A stretch of 59,049 bases of DNA, the filler included, from Barthelona sp. PAP020 (taxonomy: Eukaryota), in NCBI GenBank assembly GCA_040182905.1. It is 2 parts of 2 records of this genome, joined end to end, with 100 filler letters (N's around TTAATTAATTAA, not from the genome) between each part and the next. Parts side by side here need not be neighbours in the genome. Positions count along the whole stretch, not along the records: positions 1 to 29,475 come from JARQWU010000117.1; 1 more part is not named here. One strand, 5' to 3'. The notes beneath the pieces were generated by a model that ran no database searches, was not told the DNA's origin, and was given only the letters and a program-made list of their open reading frames with translations. A program made the translations under genes and the position numbers. Of the stretch, positions 19,924-29,575 are shown piece after piece (position 1 is the stretch's first letter; the number at the start of each line of letters is the position of its first letter).

Positions 19924-20550
19924 TTATTGAAAGAAAGTGTTGCATAAAATGTTTAATTCATTTATTGATTCGAACAACCAATCTTGGTCTTGACCGGAGT
20001 TGATGCACCATAAAACTTTTTCTACGTCTTTAGAAAGCCCTACTATTATTTGTTTACTGTTTGAAATTGTTTTGGCCAAAATTTTGTGAGGGAAACTGAT
20101 TTTTGAAAGTTTTTTTGAAATGACATATTCATTCTCACCTGTAATGGGATTTAAATCATACTCAAATAAGTTTAACTCCAAGTTGTGCAATTGATGAGTC
20201 AAAGCAAAGATACAAACGTCAATAATATCCGGTCCAAGTTCCAAAACGTAGATTGTTGGAAGCAATTTAACATATGTTTCTGGTTTAATTGTCGCTAATA
20301 TTTCGCTAAGATTATTATAACAAAGTAACAATGACTTTGTGATCAAACTATCAATTGACGAAGTTTTCAATCTTTGTTCTGGTTTTGACAAAGTATGAGC
20401 TGCACTTTGCGCTAATTGTAAATTTAATTCAAATAATTCTTCATTAAAAACGGAGGTTGTTTCAACAAACGATGTTTTGGTTTGACAAATAATAAACGAA
20501 TAGTCGCTTCTGTATGCAATTAAACCATTTTCGGCTTCAAATACATTCAT
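19924..20550 (-). CDS. Divergent RNase PH-fold exosome subunit (Rrp42/Rrp43-like), tentative
   Basis: IYVLELGPDIIDVCIFALTHQLHNLEL resembles the exosome (L)ECGGNLFDAISIAVKAALFNTRI segment. ATG at 20550. Confidence 0.45.
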   Translation of the reverse strand: MNVFEAENGLIAYRSDYSFIICQTKTSFVETTSVFNEELFELNLQLAQSAAHTLSKPEQRLKTSSIDSLITKSLLLCYNNLSEILATIKPETYVKLLPTIYVLELGPDIIDVCIFALTHQLHNLELNLFEYDLNPITGENEYVISKKLSKISFPHKILAKTISNSKQIIVGLSKDVEKVLWCINSGQDQDWLFESINELNILCNTFFQ

Positions 20551-20602
20551 TTTAATTGGAAATAATTGCAAATTGAAATTGATAAATAAAAATTATATTT
20601 TT

Positions 20603-23563
20603 ATGTCATCGAAGAAAAAAGCAAAAACAAGCTCAGGTAGTGGTACAAGTTTAAATATTGACCCATTAATACCCCCTAAAACGACAAATTATCATGCCAA
20701 TTTTTTGAAAAGTGATGTTGCTTTGCCCATATATGATTTACAACAAATTCACAATATAGAAAGTGCTGGAAAAACCGAGTATACTTGTCCTGATACGCAT
20801 AAACATCTATTTGATGGTGAGTTTGTTGAGTCGTTGGGTTCAATATCTGAAATTGTATATGTGAGTGCAAAAGATGTTTTAGACTATTGTGGAATTGAAA
20901 ATTCTGAAATGAAACTTTTTGAATCAAGCGTTGATTGTTCTGTTGATTATTTGACTGATTTTGTTCATCGCAAAACCACTAGAATTCCTGAGATATTTCC
21001 AATTGTTGAATATTTTGGAGAATTTGTTTCGATTTTTTCATGCATATTTGAATTGTGGGAATCAATTGACAAAGATTGTTATTTATTTGAACTTGTTAAA
21101 GGTTATGAAAAGGATTGGTATTGTAGTGATTTCAAAGATGAATTAGATATCCTTTCATTAAATGGATCTGGTCATTATGTTGTAAAATTATATGTTGAGA
21201 ATAAATGGAGGGCGGTTCATATTGATGATAAATTACCTTTGATTAAGCGAGAGAAGAGTGAAAAGGACATTGATGGTAATCCCATTTATGTGTATGAGCC
21301 TGTTTTTCCCGTAACAAGTTCTTTTGAAGTATGGCCTGCTTTATTGATTAAAGCTTGTCTTCACGTATTGAATGGAGCACCTTTGAATCAAGAACAAATA
21401 CTTACATGGCTTACAGGTCGGGTTTTCAGTTCTGTTTCCATTCATGAAGCACTTGAAAAAGAAATGTTTCCTTTGTTTGGAATTCCGTCACATGATGAGT
21501 TTTTGGCAGAGATTCACACTATTAAAGATCAACATCAAGCAAAATCTGAACTTGTTGATGATTATACCATATTTGAAATACGTGGTAGGAATATGAAATA
21601 TTCAGGTCCATGTAGTTTTTATGACAAAGACTTTTGGGATGTTGAAAAGGAGAATGATATGGGGTTTGTTGTTTATCAGAAACGTTCGCAAATGCTCAAT
21701 CAAAAATTACCAGAATGTTATATTCCCACTGAGGTTTTGTTGGGAACATTTGAAAATGTACTTTACATGAACAAAACTCAACAATTAGAGGTCTTAGATT
21801 TTTCAATTGAAGATTCCAAAGGGCTGTTTCAAAGTCAATTAATCATCCTGAAGAACCTTTGTGAGACACCTTTGCTGATCACATTGGAGAATAAACAATA
21901 CCATAATTTTGACAAGCAAGATTGTAGAAATTCCATTGTTCGTGTTCATTTGTTATTACCTGATGGCTCTCAACATTTATCAACGTTTGTTAGTGACAGT
22001 TTGGATGTATTTGTTGTTGATTGGCCTTTTGAATATGCCCTTTTAAAAGTTGAAGTATATACAACGGTGGGGTGTTCTATTTCATTTGATGTTTGTGAAA
22101 AGACGGATTTGGATCTAAATTTAGTTAAAATTCGAACATTTGAAGATATTAACCAATTGTGCATGTATAATCTAAATAACATTCATCCTGCAATCTTTGA
22201 TTTTGAATTAAACACTCAAATACAATCGGCAAAAGGAAAGCGTAAATCTAATAGCAGACAAAAGAAGAAAAAAGTGAAATTGGAGTCTATTACTACGATT
22301 CCTTTTGATCCCTTCAACACTTGTCCAGTTGATTATTCTATTCGTTTGGAAACGTTGTATCGTGACCGAATTAACATTGTTTCTTCTGCAAACCTGAATA
22401 TTGCCACATCTGATATTTCTGAAAATGAGAGTTCTGACAATATTTCAAATGAAACTCCAGAGCTTTTAAAAGTTTCAGGTCTTACAACAATTGGCTGTAT
22501 CAACAAAGATGTGTGTGAATTGCTGATTCAAGATATGAAGATTGCTTTGTTTGACAAAGCTGGTTTTAAAGTTAAAGAATGTGGTGTTTCTGAGATTGAG
22601 TTTTTCTTAAAGCCTGATGAAAATTATCAAGTATGTGTGTTTGTAAATTCTAAAATTGATTTTAATGAATCTCCAATCAATATTGATATCACTTTCCTTT
22701 GTCAAAACGTTATGACATTAACACCATTAGAAAGGATCAAAGAAATGAATAGTAATGTAACGTTCCCCATAGGTATTGACCTTGAAAGAAAATTGTGTTC
22801 TATTATTTTACCAGAAGTTTCTTCAATCATGTGTTTACATGTTGCTTTACAAAAAGATCAGGAGCTCATTCATTTGCCTCTTGTTTTACACAGATCTCAG
22901 AACGATACTTATTTGCCCATACATAAGCATGGAAGTGTGGAACCATTTGTTTTTGAAGAAAATGAAATAATTTCATTCTATCTTGCCTCCTGTAATCACA
23001 ATTTACCTGCTTTAGTTACAACTGAAGGTAAATCAGAATACACAATGAATGTCTTCATGCAGACCTTTTCCACCAAAGGTAAGAGCTTTAAATTGAGTCT
23101 TGATAATACAATATTCCAGGAATTGTCCTCATTTATGAGCAAGATTCCAAAAAGAAAAGAAGATAAGGAAGATAAAGAAGTTCAAGAATCAAACAATGGC
23201 GAATTGGATATTTATGATATAAAATCAGTGAAGGAATTGGCAAAGGAAGCAGAGTTAACTCATGAAATGATTATTGGATTGGATGAAACAAATCCAGAAG
23301 AATTTTTCAAAAAGGATGATGATGATCTTTCCCAAAAATATTTGGAGATGGTAAACAACTTTGAAGTTTTGTTGGATACAACAGATGAGTTCTCCATTCA
23401 ACAATTGAATAGTTCAACTGAATATGCTGTTGAATTTTCAACAATTTTAAACAACTTTAATGAAAAACGTGAAGAATTGCTTGAAGACGCTAAAAGACAA
23501 TGGTCAGCCCGTTATCAACCTCAAGCTGATAAAGGTAAAAAGAAAAAAGGAAAAAAAAGATAA
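20603..23563 (+). CDS. Androglobin-like / non-catalytic calpain-domain protein
   Basis: GHYVVKLYVENKWRAVHIDDKLP, EVWPALLIKAC and LTWLTG resemble the androglobin calpain-like domain. Basic N- and C-termini; no QGxxGDCW catalytic motif. First ATG at 20603. Confidence 0.62.
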   Translation: MSSKKKAKTSSGSGTSLNIDPLIPPKTTNYHANFLKSDVALPIYDLQQIHNIESAGKTEYTCPDTHKHLFDGEFVESLGSISEIVYVSAKDVLDYCGIENSEMKLFESSVDCSVDYLTDFVHRKTTRIPEIFPIVEYFGEFVSIFSCIFELWESIDKDCYLFELVKGYEKDWYCSDFKDELDILSLNGSGHYVVKLYVENKWRAVHIDDKLPLIKREKSEKDIDGNPIYVYEPVFPVTSSFEVWPALLIKACLHVLNGAPLNQEQILTWLTGRVFSSVSIHEALEKEMFPLFGIPSHDEFLAEIHTIKDQHQAKSELVDDYTIFEIRGRNMKYSGPCSFYDKDFWDVEKENDMGFVVYQKRSQMLNQKLPECYIPTEVLLGTFENVLYMNKTQQLEVLDFSIEDSKGLFQSQLIILKNLCETPLLITLENKQYHNFDKQDCRNSIVRVHLLLPDGSQHLSTFVSDSLDVFVVDWPFEYALLKVEVYTTVGCSISFDVCEKTDLDLNLVKIRTFEDINQLCMYNLNNIHPAIFDFELNTQIQSAKGKRKSNSRQKKKKVKLESITTIPFDPFNTCPVDYSIRLETLYRDRINIVSSANLNIATSDISENESSDNISNETPELLKVSGLTTIGCINKDVCELLIQDMKIALFDKAGFKVKECGVSEIEFFLKPDENYQVCVFVNSKIDFNESPINIDITFLCQNVMTLTPLERIKEMNSNVTFPIGIDLERKLCSIILPEVSSIMCLHVALQKDQELIHLPLVLHRSQNDTYLPIHKHGSVEPFVFEENEIISFYLASCNHNLPALVTTEGKSEYTMNVFMQTFSTKGKSFKLSLDNTIFQELSSFMSKIPKRKEDKEDKEVQESNNGELDIYDIKSVKELAKEAELTHEMIIGLDETNPEEFFKKDDDDLSQKYLEMVNNFEVLLDTTDEFSIQQLNSSTEYAVEFSTILNNFNEKREELLEDAKRQWSARYQPQADKGKKKKGKKR

Positions 23564-23684
23564 AGCAGAAATTGATGCAAGTGTCATCTGAATAAATTTA
23601 TTTGTATTTTTGTTTTGTCATAAAGCGACCTGTATGAAAAAAAATTGAAGGTTTGAATTAAGAATGAACAAATAAAACCGAATC

Positions 23685-24320
23685 TCATTTATGAAACAAA
23701 AGTTTAAACAGTTGTTTGCTTTTTCGTTCATTATTTGCAATTTCTTTTAAATTTCTAACAAACAATTCATACATCTCATCATCAAGTGCTTTCTTTGCTT
23801 TATCATCTAATTTATGTTTTGATTGATTCTTTTCTAAATCAGAAGCAGACTTATCATTATTTTCCAGACCAGTCAATATTTCAAAATTAAAGTCGGAAAT
23901 AGATGAAGCATTGCTCTTCATCTCATTCATTATTTGTTCTAAAGTGATATGAGAACTTTCTTCAGATAAATTTTCTAAAATATCGAAACAAAAGAAAACA
24001 TGGACATTTTCATCTTTTAACTCAAGTGCTGGTCGTTTGGTAAACCAATACTCAACACTACTTTTAGAAAAATTAAATACATGAACAAAATCTGAAGATG
24101 AATAGGAACGAGTCATAAATACAAACAAAAGTTCCGTCGCAACATTTGTAGATAATACATATAAACAACCACGACTTGCTTCTTCATCATTCCATCCAAC
24201 TTCATTCGTGGATGGATACAAAATGACTGAAGGATGATGTATTAATAAATCTGTGGGATTATAGTTTGAATATTTTCTTTGTAAAGCTCTAATAGCACTT
24301 TCTTTAATACTTGGTAACAT
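23685..24320 (-). CDS. DCP1: mRNA decapping activator Dcp1-like (EVH1 domain)
   Basis: IRALQRKY...VILY...GWNDEEASRGCLYV...FVFMTR..SSDF follows the Dcp1 EVH1 pattern, with a short C-terminal helix. Confidence 0.6.
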   Translation of the reverse strand: MLPSIKESAIRALQRKYSNYNPTDLLIHHPSVILYPSTNEVGWNDEEASRGCLYVLSTNVATELLFVFMTRSYSSSDFVHVFNFSKSSVEYWFTKRPALELKDENVHVFFCFDILENLSEESSHITLEQIMNEMKSNASSISDFNFEILTGLENNDKSASDLEKNQSKHKLDDKAKKALDDEMYELFVRNLKEIANNERKSKQLFKLLFHK

Positions 24321-24369
24321 TAATTCAATACAAAAAGAAAAGAAAAAAAAACAACTAATTTATTTGTTC

Positions 24370-26089
24370 CTAATCCTCGAACATATCAAAATCTTCATCT
24401 AAATCTTCTTCTTCATCAGAAGATTCCATCTTTTCTTCAGCTTCAATCTCTGTAAATATTGTGACATTTGAATCTGTTAAAATTTCTGTTGCTGCCTTTG
24501 ATGAATCAACAAGTAACAATCTCAAAGATTCATCATGAGTTTGCTTCAAAACAACAGGTTTTAAAAGCTCCATTCTTCCTAATAATTTGGCTAAAGAACC
24601 ATGAGATTGCACTCTGGCATTCATTGCCTGCTTTATTTTTAATAAAAGGGGAATGAATTTTGTTCTTTCTCTCATTATATCAACGGATCTCAAAGTCATA
24701 ATAGAAGAAATCCAAGGGGCCAAAAGACGTAAACGTCCGGGCTTTTCTTGCATTATTTGATATAGAATTTCTAAAAATCCAAACAAAATCTCCTCATCAA
24801 GCATTTCAACTGATGAACGAATTACTTTCATTCCTGAACGACCAGTGATATTTAATGCACGGTCAATAACATGCTTATCGTGATTTCTAACACCTTGATT
24901 CAACAGTTCTGCAACTGAATCAAAACTCAATGTATTTTCTTCAATTTTTTTCTCTTTCTTTAATAACCCTAAAAGACGAAGTCTTGTGGCAAAATCTTGC
25001 TGTTCAATTTCAGGAAGATCAAGCTTTGTGGTATTGATTTCCAACTCATCATCAGGCAATATCGAAGTGGCAACATCAGATGAAACAACAGTTTTTGCTT
25101 TTGTTGGAATGCTTTCCTCCTTTTGTTCAATTGCTGCAACAATAACTTCTTGACGATTATCATCACCAAAACCGTGATGAATGAAAGTTGGAGCAACAGG
25201 AGTTCCACAACAACACAGAATAGTATCTGAATGAGTAAAAGCAACTGAAAGTAATTTTTCTTCACTAAAAAGAGTATATTGAGGATCAACACGTTTAGCT
25301 CTCTTTGAAGAGTCAAATTTAAAAACACTAACTTCACCATCAACACAAGAAACACAAGCCCAATAATATCCCTCCATTTCACAAAAAGTAACATTATTTG
25401 GTTCGTTTTCAACGGACATTGTTGCAAAAACATCAGAATCACCAACACGCACAAATTCAACGGTATTTTCAGTTAATAAACATATTCCGTATGGTGATGT
25501 AAACATATCAAGAATTTCACCACATTTTGTTGAAATAGAATGAACAGGAGTACGTTTTGACGTTTTCCATTGATATATTTTTGAAGAAACAGTTAAATAA
25601 TCAAAATCAAATTCCTGATCATGATTCCAAACTATGTGTTTATGAGGTTTAGAATAACTCTTTGAAAATGAAACCATATCAATAACTTGAGTACCTAAAT
25701 AATCATAAGTTATAGTTTGGCGATTGTCCAATAAAATAGCTATTACACTTTCAGACACATGATCAAAATCAATGGGTGATCCCTCAACAGTTAAATCTGC
25801 ACATTCAATGGAGTCAAGATTGTCAAGATTAATGTATAAAAATTGTTTTGTTGTTGTAAGAATACCTATAAGTTTCTAAAAATTAGTGAAAAGGAACAAA
25901 AAGCTATAAAAGTACATCATTGAACCATTTTATACACTGACATTGTGTATCTAAATGTTTTGTGGGTGTTTGTTGAAAAATTATTTCTTGGGTTTCAATA
26001 TCATGAATTCTAACTCTTAAATCTAAAGAAACGGTTACAAAATACTGCAAACTCGGACTAAAACAGTACTGATAACCTTGAAAACTCAT
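24370..26089 (-). CDS. WDR43: U3 snoRNP t-UTP subunit Utp5/WDR43, 2 exons (26089-25916 and 25875-24370)
   Basis: Exon 1 CFSPSLQYFVTVSLDLRVRIHD...PTKHLDTQCQCIKW joins exon 2 in frame. The C-terminus has a Utp12/Dip2 domain (SVAELLNQGV, LAPWI, LAKLLGRMELL) and an acidic tail. Confidence 0.85.
25876..25915 (-). other. Spliceosomal intron (40 nt) in WDR43
   Basis: Minus strand GAT|GTACTT...TTCACTAATTTTTAG|AAA; removal fuses two ORF-track fragments in frame. Confidence 0.85.
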
Positions 26090-26136
26090 TGGGTTATAAA
26101 AAAAACAAATGTAAAAGAAATACTTTTTATGATTAG

Positions 26137-27576
26137 ATGATCGTTGATTGGCAAAGTAGTTTTGCACCTAAAGGCGTATTATTTTGTAGTGTTGATCCTG
26201 AAATTATTCAAAAATCTATTGATGATTCGATTAAGAATATTAGCCATGACTACATCAAACTGAACAAATTTGAAGCCATTTTTGATTATGTCAACCATAT
26301 TTATGAAGAAAAGGTGATTTTTATTTGTATTCCAAATTTGCAAAACTATTGTCCTTCTCAATTAGATAATGAAACTTCTTTCAATCTGATTAAACTAATA
26401 GAATTCTTTGAAAATTGTCCAAACCATGTTCATTTATTTGCAACAAGTCCATCATTTCAACAAATTCATTCGTCATTACTTATTGAAGGAAGATTGTCTG
26501 ACATTGTATCTTTGTCGTCACCCACGCTGCAACAAAAAAAAGATTTGCTTGAAAGCTTATTGAAGGATACACTTGATGAAAATGTTGATTTTAGTCAGTT
26601 GCTTCGTATTTTGAATGGATATTCTCTTGGAGATATTCGAACCTTTTGCACTGTAAGTATGCAACACAATTGTCAAATGAATGGTTCCTTCACTCAGATA
26701 TCACAGAATGATCTAAATTATGCACAGGGCATTGTAAAACCTTCATGTCTATCTGCCTTTTCTGTTGAAGTTCCTCAAGTTAAATGGGAAGATATTGGTG
26801 GTTTGACTGAAACAAAGTTAAAATTACGGCAGCTGATTGAATGGCCTCTAATTCACAAGGAAGCGTTTGAAAGACTTGGAATTGCCAAACAAAGTGGTGT
26901 TTTGCTATATGGACCTCCTGGATGTGCAAAGACGACAATGGTAAAGGCTGTAGCCAATTGTTGTGGGGTGAATTTTATCAGTCTTTCTGGTGCTATGATT
27001 TACTCACCATATGTTGGTGATGCTGAGCAAACAATTAGAGATGCATTTGCTGCTGCTGCTGAAGCATATCCGTGTGTTGTTTTCATTGATGAAATTGATG
27101 CAATTGTTGGTTCTCGTTCTTTGGAATCTTCTGGTGTATCTGGTAACAGTGCTAATTTACGAGTGCTATCAACATTATTGAACGTATTAGATGGTGTTGA
27201 AAAATCGGATGTGATTATTGTTGGTGCCACAAACAGACCTGATTTATTGGATCCAGCATTATTAAGACCTGGAAGATTTGATCAGCATATTCATGTTCCT
27301 TTACCAGATGCTGATGCAAGAAAAGCTATTTTAGAGGTATATTTAAGAAAAATTAATGTTGAAAAGAAAATTGAAATTGAAGATCTGATTGATAAAACCA
27401 AAAATATGAGTGGTGCAGAAATTGAAAATTTTTGCAGAGAAGCTTGTTTTGTTGCATTGAGAGAAAATAAAAATGTTGATATTTTGTTGCAATCACATTT
27501 TAATCAAGCATATTTGCTTTGCAAAAATGATATTAACACAACTGATTTAACTACAGAACTTTTAAATATGATATAA
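26137..27576 (+). CDS. AFG2B: AAA+ ATPase of the AFG2/SPATA5 group, most like AFG2B/SPATA5L1; degenerate D1, intact D2
   Basis: VKWEDIGGL, GVLLYGPPGCAKTT, SGAMIYSPYVGDAE, FIDEIDA and ATNRPDLLDPALLRPGRFD. The D1 remnant is PKGVLF...LLIEGRL. Confidence 0.78.
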   Translation: MIVDWQSSFAPKGVLFCSVDPEIIQKSIDDSIKNISHDYIKLNKFEAIFDYVNHIYEEKVIFICIPNLQNYCPSQLDNETSFNLIKLIEFFENCPNHVHLFATSPSFQQIHSSLLIEGRLSDIVSLSSPTLQQKKDLLESLLKDTLDENVDFSQLLRILNGYSLGDIRTFCTVSMQHNCQMNGSFTQISQNDLNYAQGIVKPSCLSAFSVEVPQVKWEDIGGLTETKLKLRQLIEWPLIHKEAFERLGIAKQSGVLLYGPPGCAKTTMVKAVANCCGVNFISLSGAMIYSPYVGDAEQTIRDAFAAAAEAYPCVVFIDEIDAIVGSRSLESSGVSGNSANLRVLSTLLNVLDGVEKSDVIIVGATNRPDLLDPALLRPGRFDQHIHVPLPDADARKAILEVYLRKINVEKKIEIEDLIDKTKNMSGAEIENFCREACFVALRENKNVDILLQSHFNQAYLLCKNDINTTDLTTELLNMI

Positions 27577-27631
27577 ATATTTCCTTTCCTTTTCATAACT
27601 ATTTTTTCTTTTTTGTTTTGTTTTATTTTCG

Positions 27632-28318
27632 ATGATATTTTACGTTTGTATTGCTATCAATCGCACCATAATCTGTGAATATTCTACATCAGCGGGTTAT
27701 TTTTAATATTTTGATTATTTTTCTAATGTTGTAGAAAGATTTGATACTGCCATCAACAGCATCTTTGAAAAATTGCCTGTGGGTCAAGCTGTTGTGAGAA
27801 GATCATTTGATTTTGAAAAGTATTTTTTTAGTGTTATTGTTGAATCTGGTGTAACATATGTATGTTGTTCTGAAAAACAATCAGATCAAAGAACTGTATT
27901 TTTATGTTTGAATGAATTACAAAAAAGATTCTTACAATCTGGTTATCAATCAACAGGTAATTATTCAAAGTTAAGCTTACAAAGAGAATTTGGACACAAT
28001 TTAGCTCAAATTGTCAAACAATATGACAATTCTAGTTTAGATCAAGTTGAAAATGAATTGTATCAAATTACTGATCAAATGACAAAAAATATTTCTGCCT
28101 TAAGTTCAATAGGAAATCGTATGGCTACGATCACTGATGATGCAGCTGGTATGAGCAGAAGAGCTAGGACTTTACATTCGAAATCAAAGAAAGTACACAA
28201 TTCTCAAAGATGTCAACGAATCAAAATGTTTTTGGTAATTGCAGTTGTGTTATTAGTTGTTATTTATTTCATATTTGGCAGTTTATGTGGTTTCACTGCT
28301 CAATGCTTGCGTTCATGA
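27632..28318 (+). CDS. VAMP7: VAMP7-like longin SNARE, 2 exons (27632-27695 and 27735-28318)
   Basis: Spliced N-terminus MIFYVCIAINRTIICEYSTSAERFDTAINSIFEKLP is a longin start, followed by a SNARE helix, a TM segment and a short luminal CGFTAQC. Confidence 0.85.
27696..27734 (+). other. Spliceosomal intron (39 nt) in VAMP7
   Basis: G|GTTATT...TTCTAATGTTGTAG|AA; it contains an in-frame TAA, and removal restores the longin domain. Confidence 0.85.
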
Positions 28319-28697
28319 AGTGATTATGTAAATATTCATTATTTGTTTTTATTTTGCAAAGAAACATATGTATTTATTGCGTTTCAGATATTTGATTGAA
28401 ATACAGATACATTGCTAAATAATCAATCAAAAATAAATTGGCAGATAATGCTAATAATCTTCTGTTTCTGTCAATCAAGAGATAAGGTTTAAGTTTCAAC
28501 AGTTGAATGAATGTTCATCTCATCAGTAAGACCAATAATAACAAGAATTGAGGTCTATTGTCAACATTTTCTTGTTAAATTCCTGTATCCAGCCCATAAA
28601 GTCACCCACCCTGTATATTTATCAATTTAACCTGCCAATTTTAATGACATATCAACAAAATCAAACATTCAATGGAATTTTTGCATTTGTTTGCAGC

Positions 28698-29335
28698 CAA
28701 GAAGAGCTGTACGTATGAGTGAATAAAAAAGAATGGTGTTTATTTGGTTAAAGGGTTTATTTGATTAAAGGCTTTCGAGATTCGATTGATCTGTTGAAAG
28801 ACTTTAGATTTTCAAAAGTGAAAGGTAAAATTTTTGTTTCCAAATCAAGAAGCACTGTTCGTATGGGAAAACAAAAAAGATAGTGTTTATTTGGTTAAAG
28901 GTTTTCGAGGCCTGATTGATCTGTTGAATAATTTTAAAATATTGCTTTTGCAATAATTAGTCCAGTTGTGAAACAACTATATTTATTTTCAAAGAAAAAG
29001 CAATCAGAGAAAACTCATTTCATTAAATCTCATCAGCAGAAAATGCGTGGCTGTAATTGAATCTTTGTCATCAAGTATGAAAATTTCAGAGTTTAAATTT
29101 TACTTCGTAAAATCTAGAGTTATTCAACAGATTAATCGGGCCTCGAAAGCCTTTAACCAAATGAACACTATTCTTTCTTTGTTTACCCATACGAACAGCG
29201 CTTCTTGATTTGGAAATAATACAAAAAAAATTAGAATTGAAAATTCTCCCACTTGATGACAAAGATTCAATTACAGCCACACATTTTCTGCGGCTGAGAT
29301 TTAATGAAATGAGTTTTTTCTCAACTGGACCAATT
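28698..29335. repeat. Non-coding block of direct and inverted repeats (A, A, B, A-inverted, B-inverted)
   Basis: A (CAAGAAG..CTGT.CGTATG...GTGTTTATTTGGTTAAAGG..TTCGAG...ATCTGTTGAA) lies at ~28698-28798 and ~28837-28930, with its reverse complement at ~29120-29217. B (GAGAAAACTCATTTCATTAAATCTCA...GGCTGTAATTGAATCTTTGTCATCAAGT) lies at ~29007-29076, with its reverse complement at ~29251-29322. Confidence 0.88.
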
Positions 29336-29475
29336 GCATTTAAATGTTTTTTTATGAATGTAATAAATCATCTTAAAGATCTAAGAAGGATAAATTTAAA
29401 GGGATAAAAATAGTTCTTTCAGTTTTCATCATTTGATTTCTGTTGCTTTTGCTTTTGCTTTTTTTTTTTCTTTTT

Positions 29476-29575
29476 NNNNNNNNNNNNNNNNNNNNNNNNN
29501 NNNNNNNNNNNNNNNNNNNTTAATTAATTAANNNNNNNNNNNNNNNNNNNNNNNNNNNNNNNNNNNNNNNNNNNN
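29476..29575. other. Artificial assembly joint: 44 N + TTAATTAATTAA six-frame-stop linker + 44 N
   Basis: Exactly 100 nt and symmetric; the palindromic 12-mer at 29520-29531 places TAA in all six frames. Confidence 0.92.

Noticed and set aside
29086..29407. Two ~65-aa ORFs in the inverted-repeat block
   Set aside because: They are by-products of the repeats, other copies are frame-disrupted, and there are no protein motifs.
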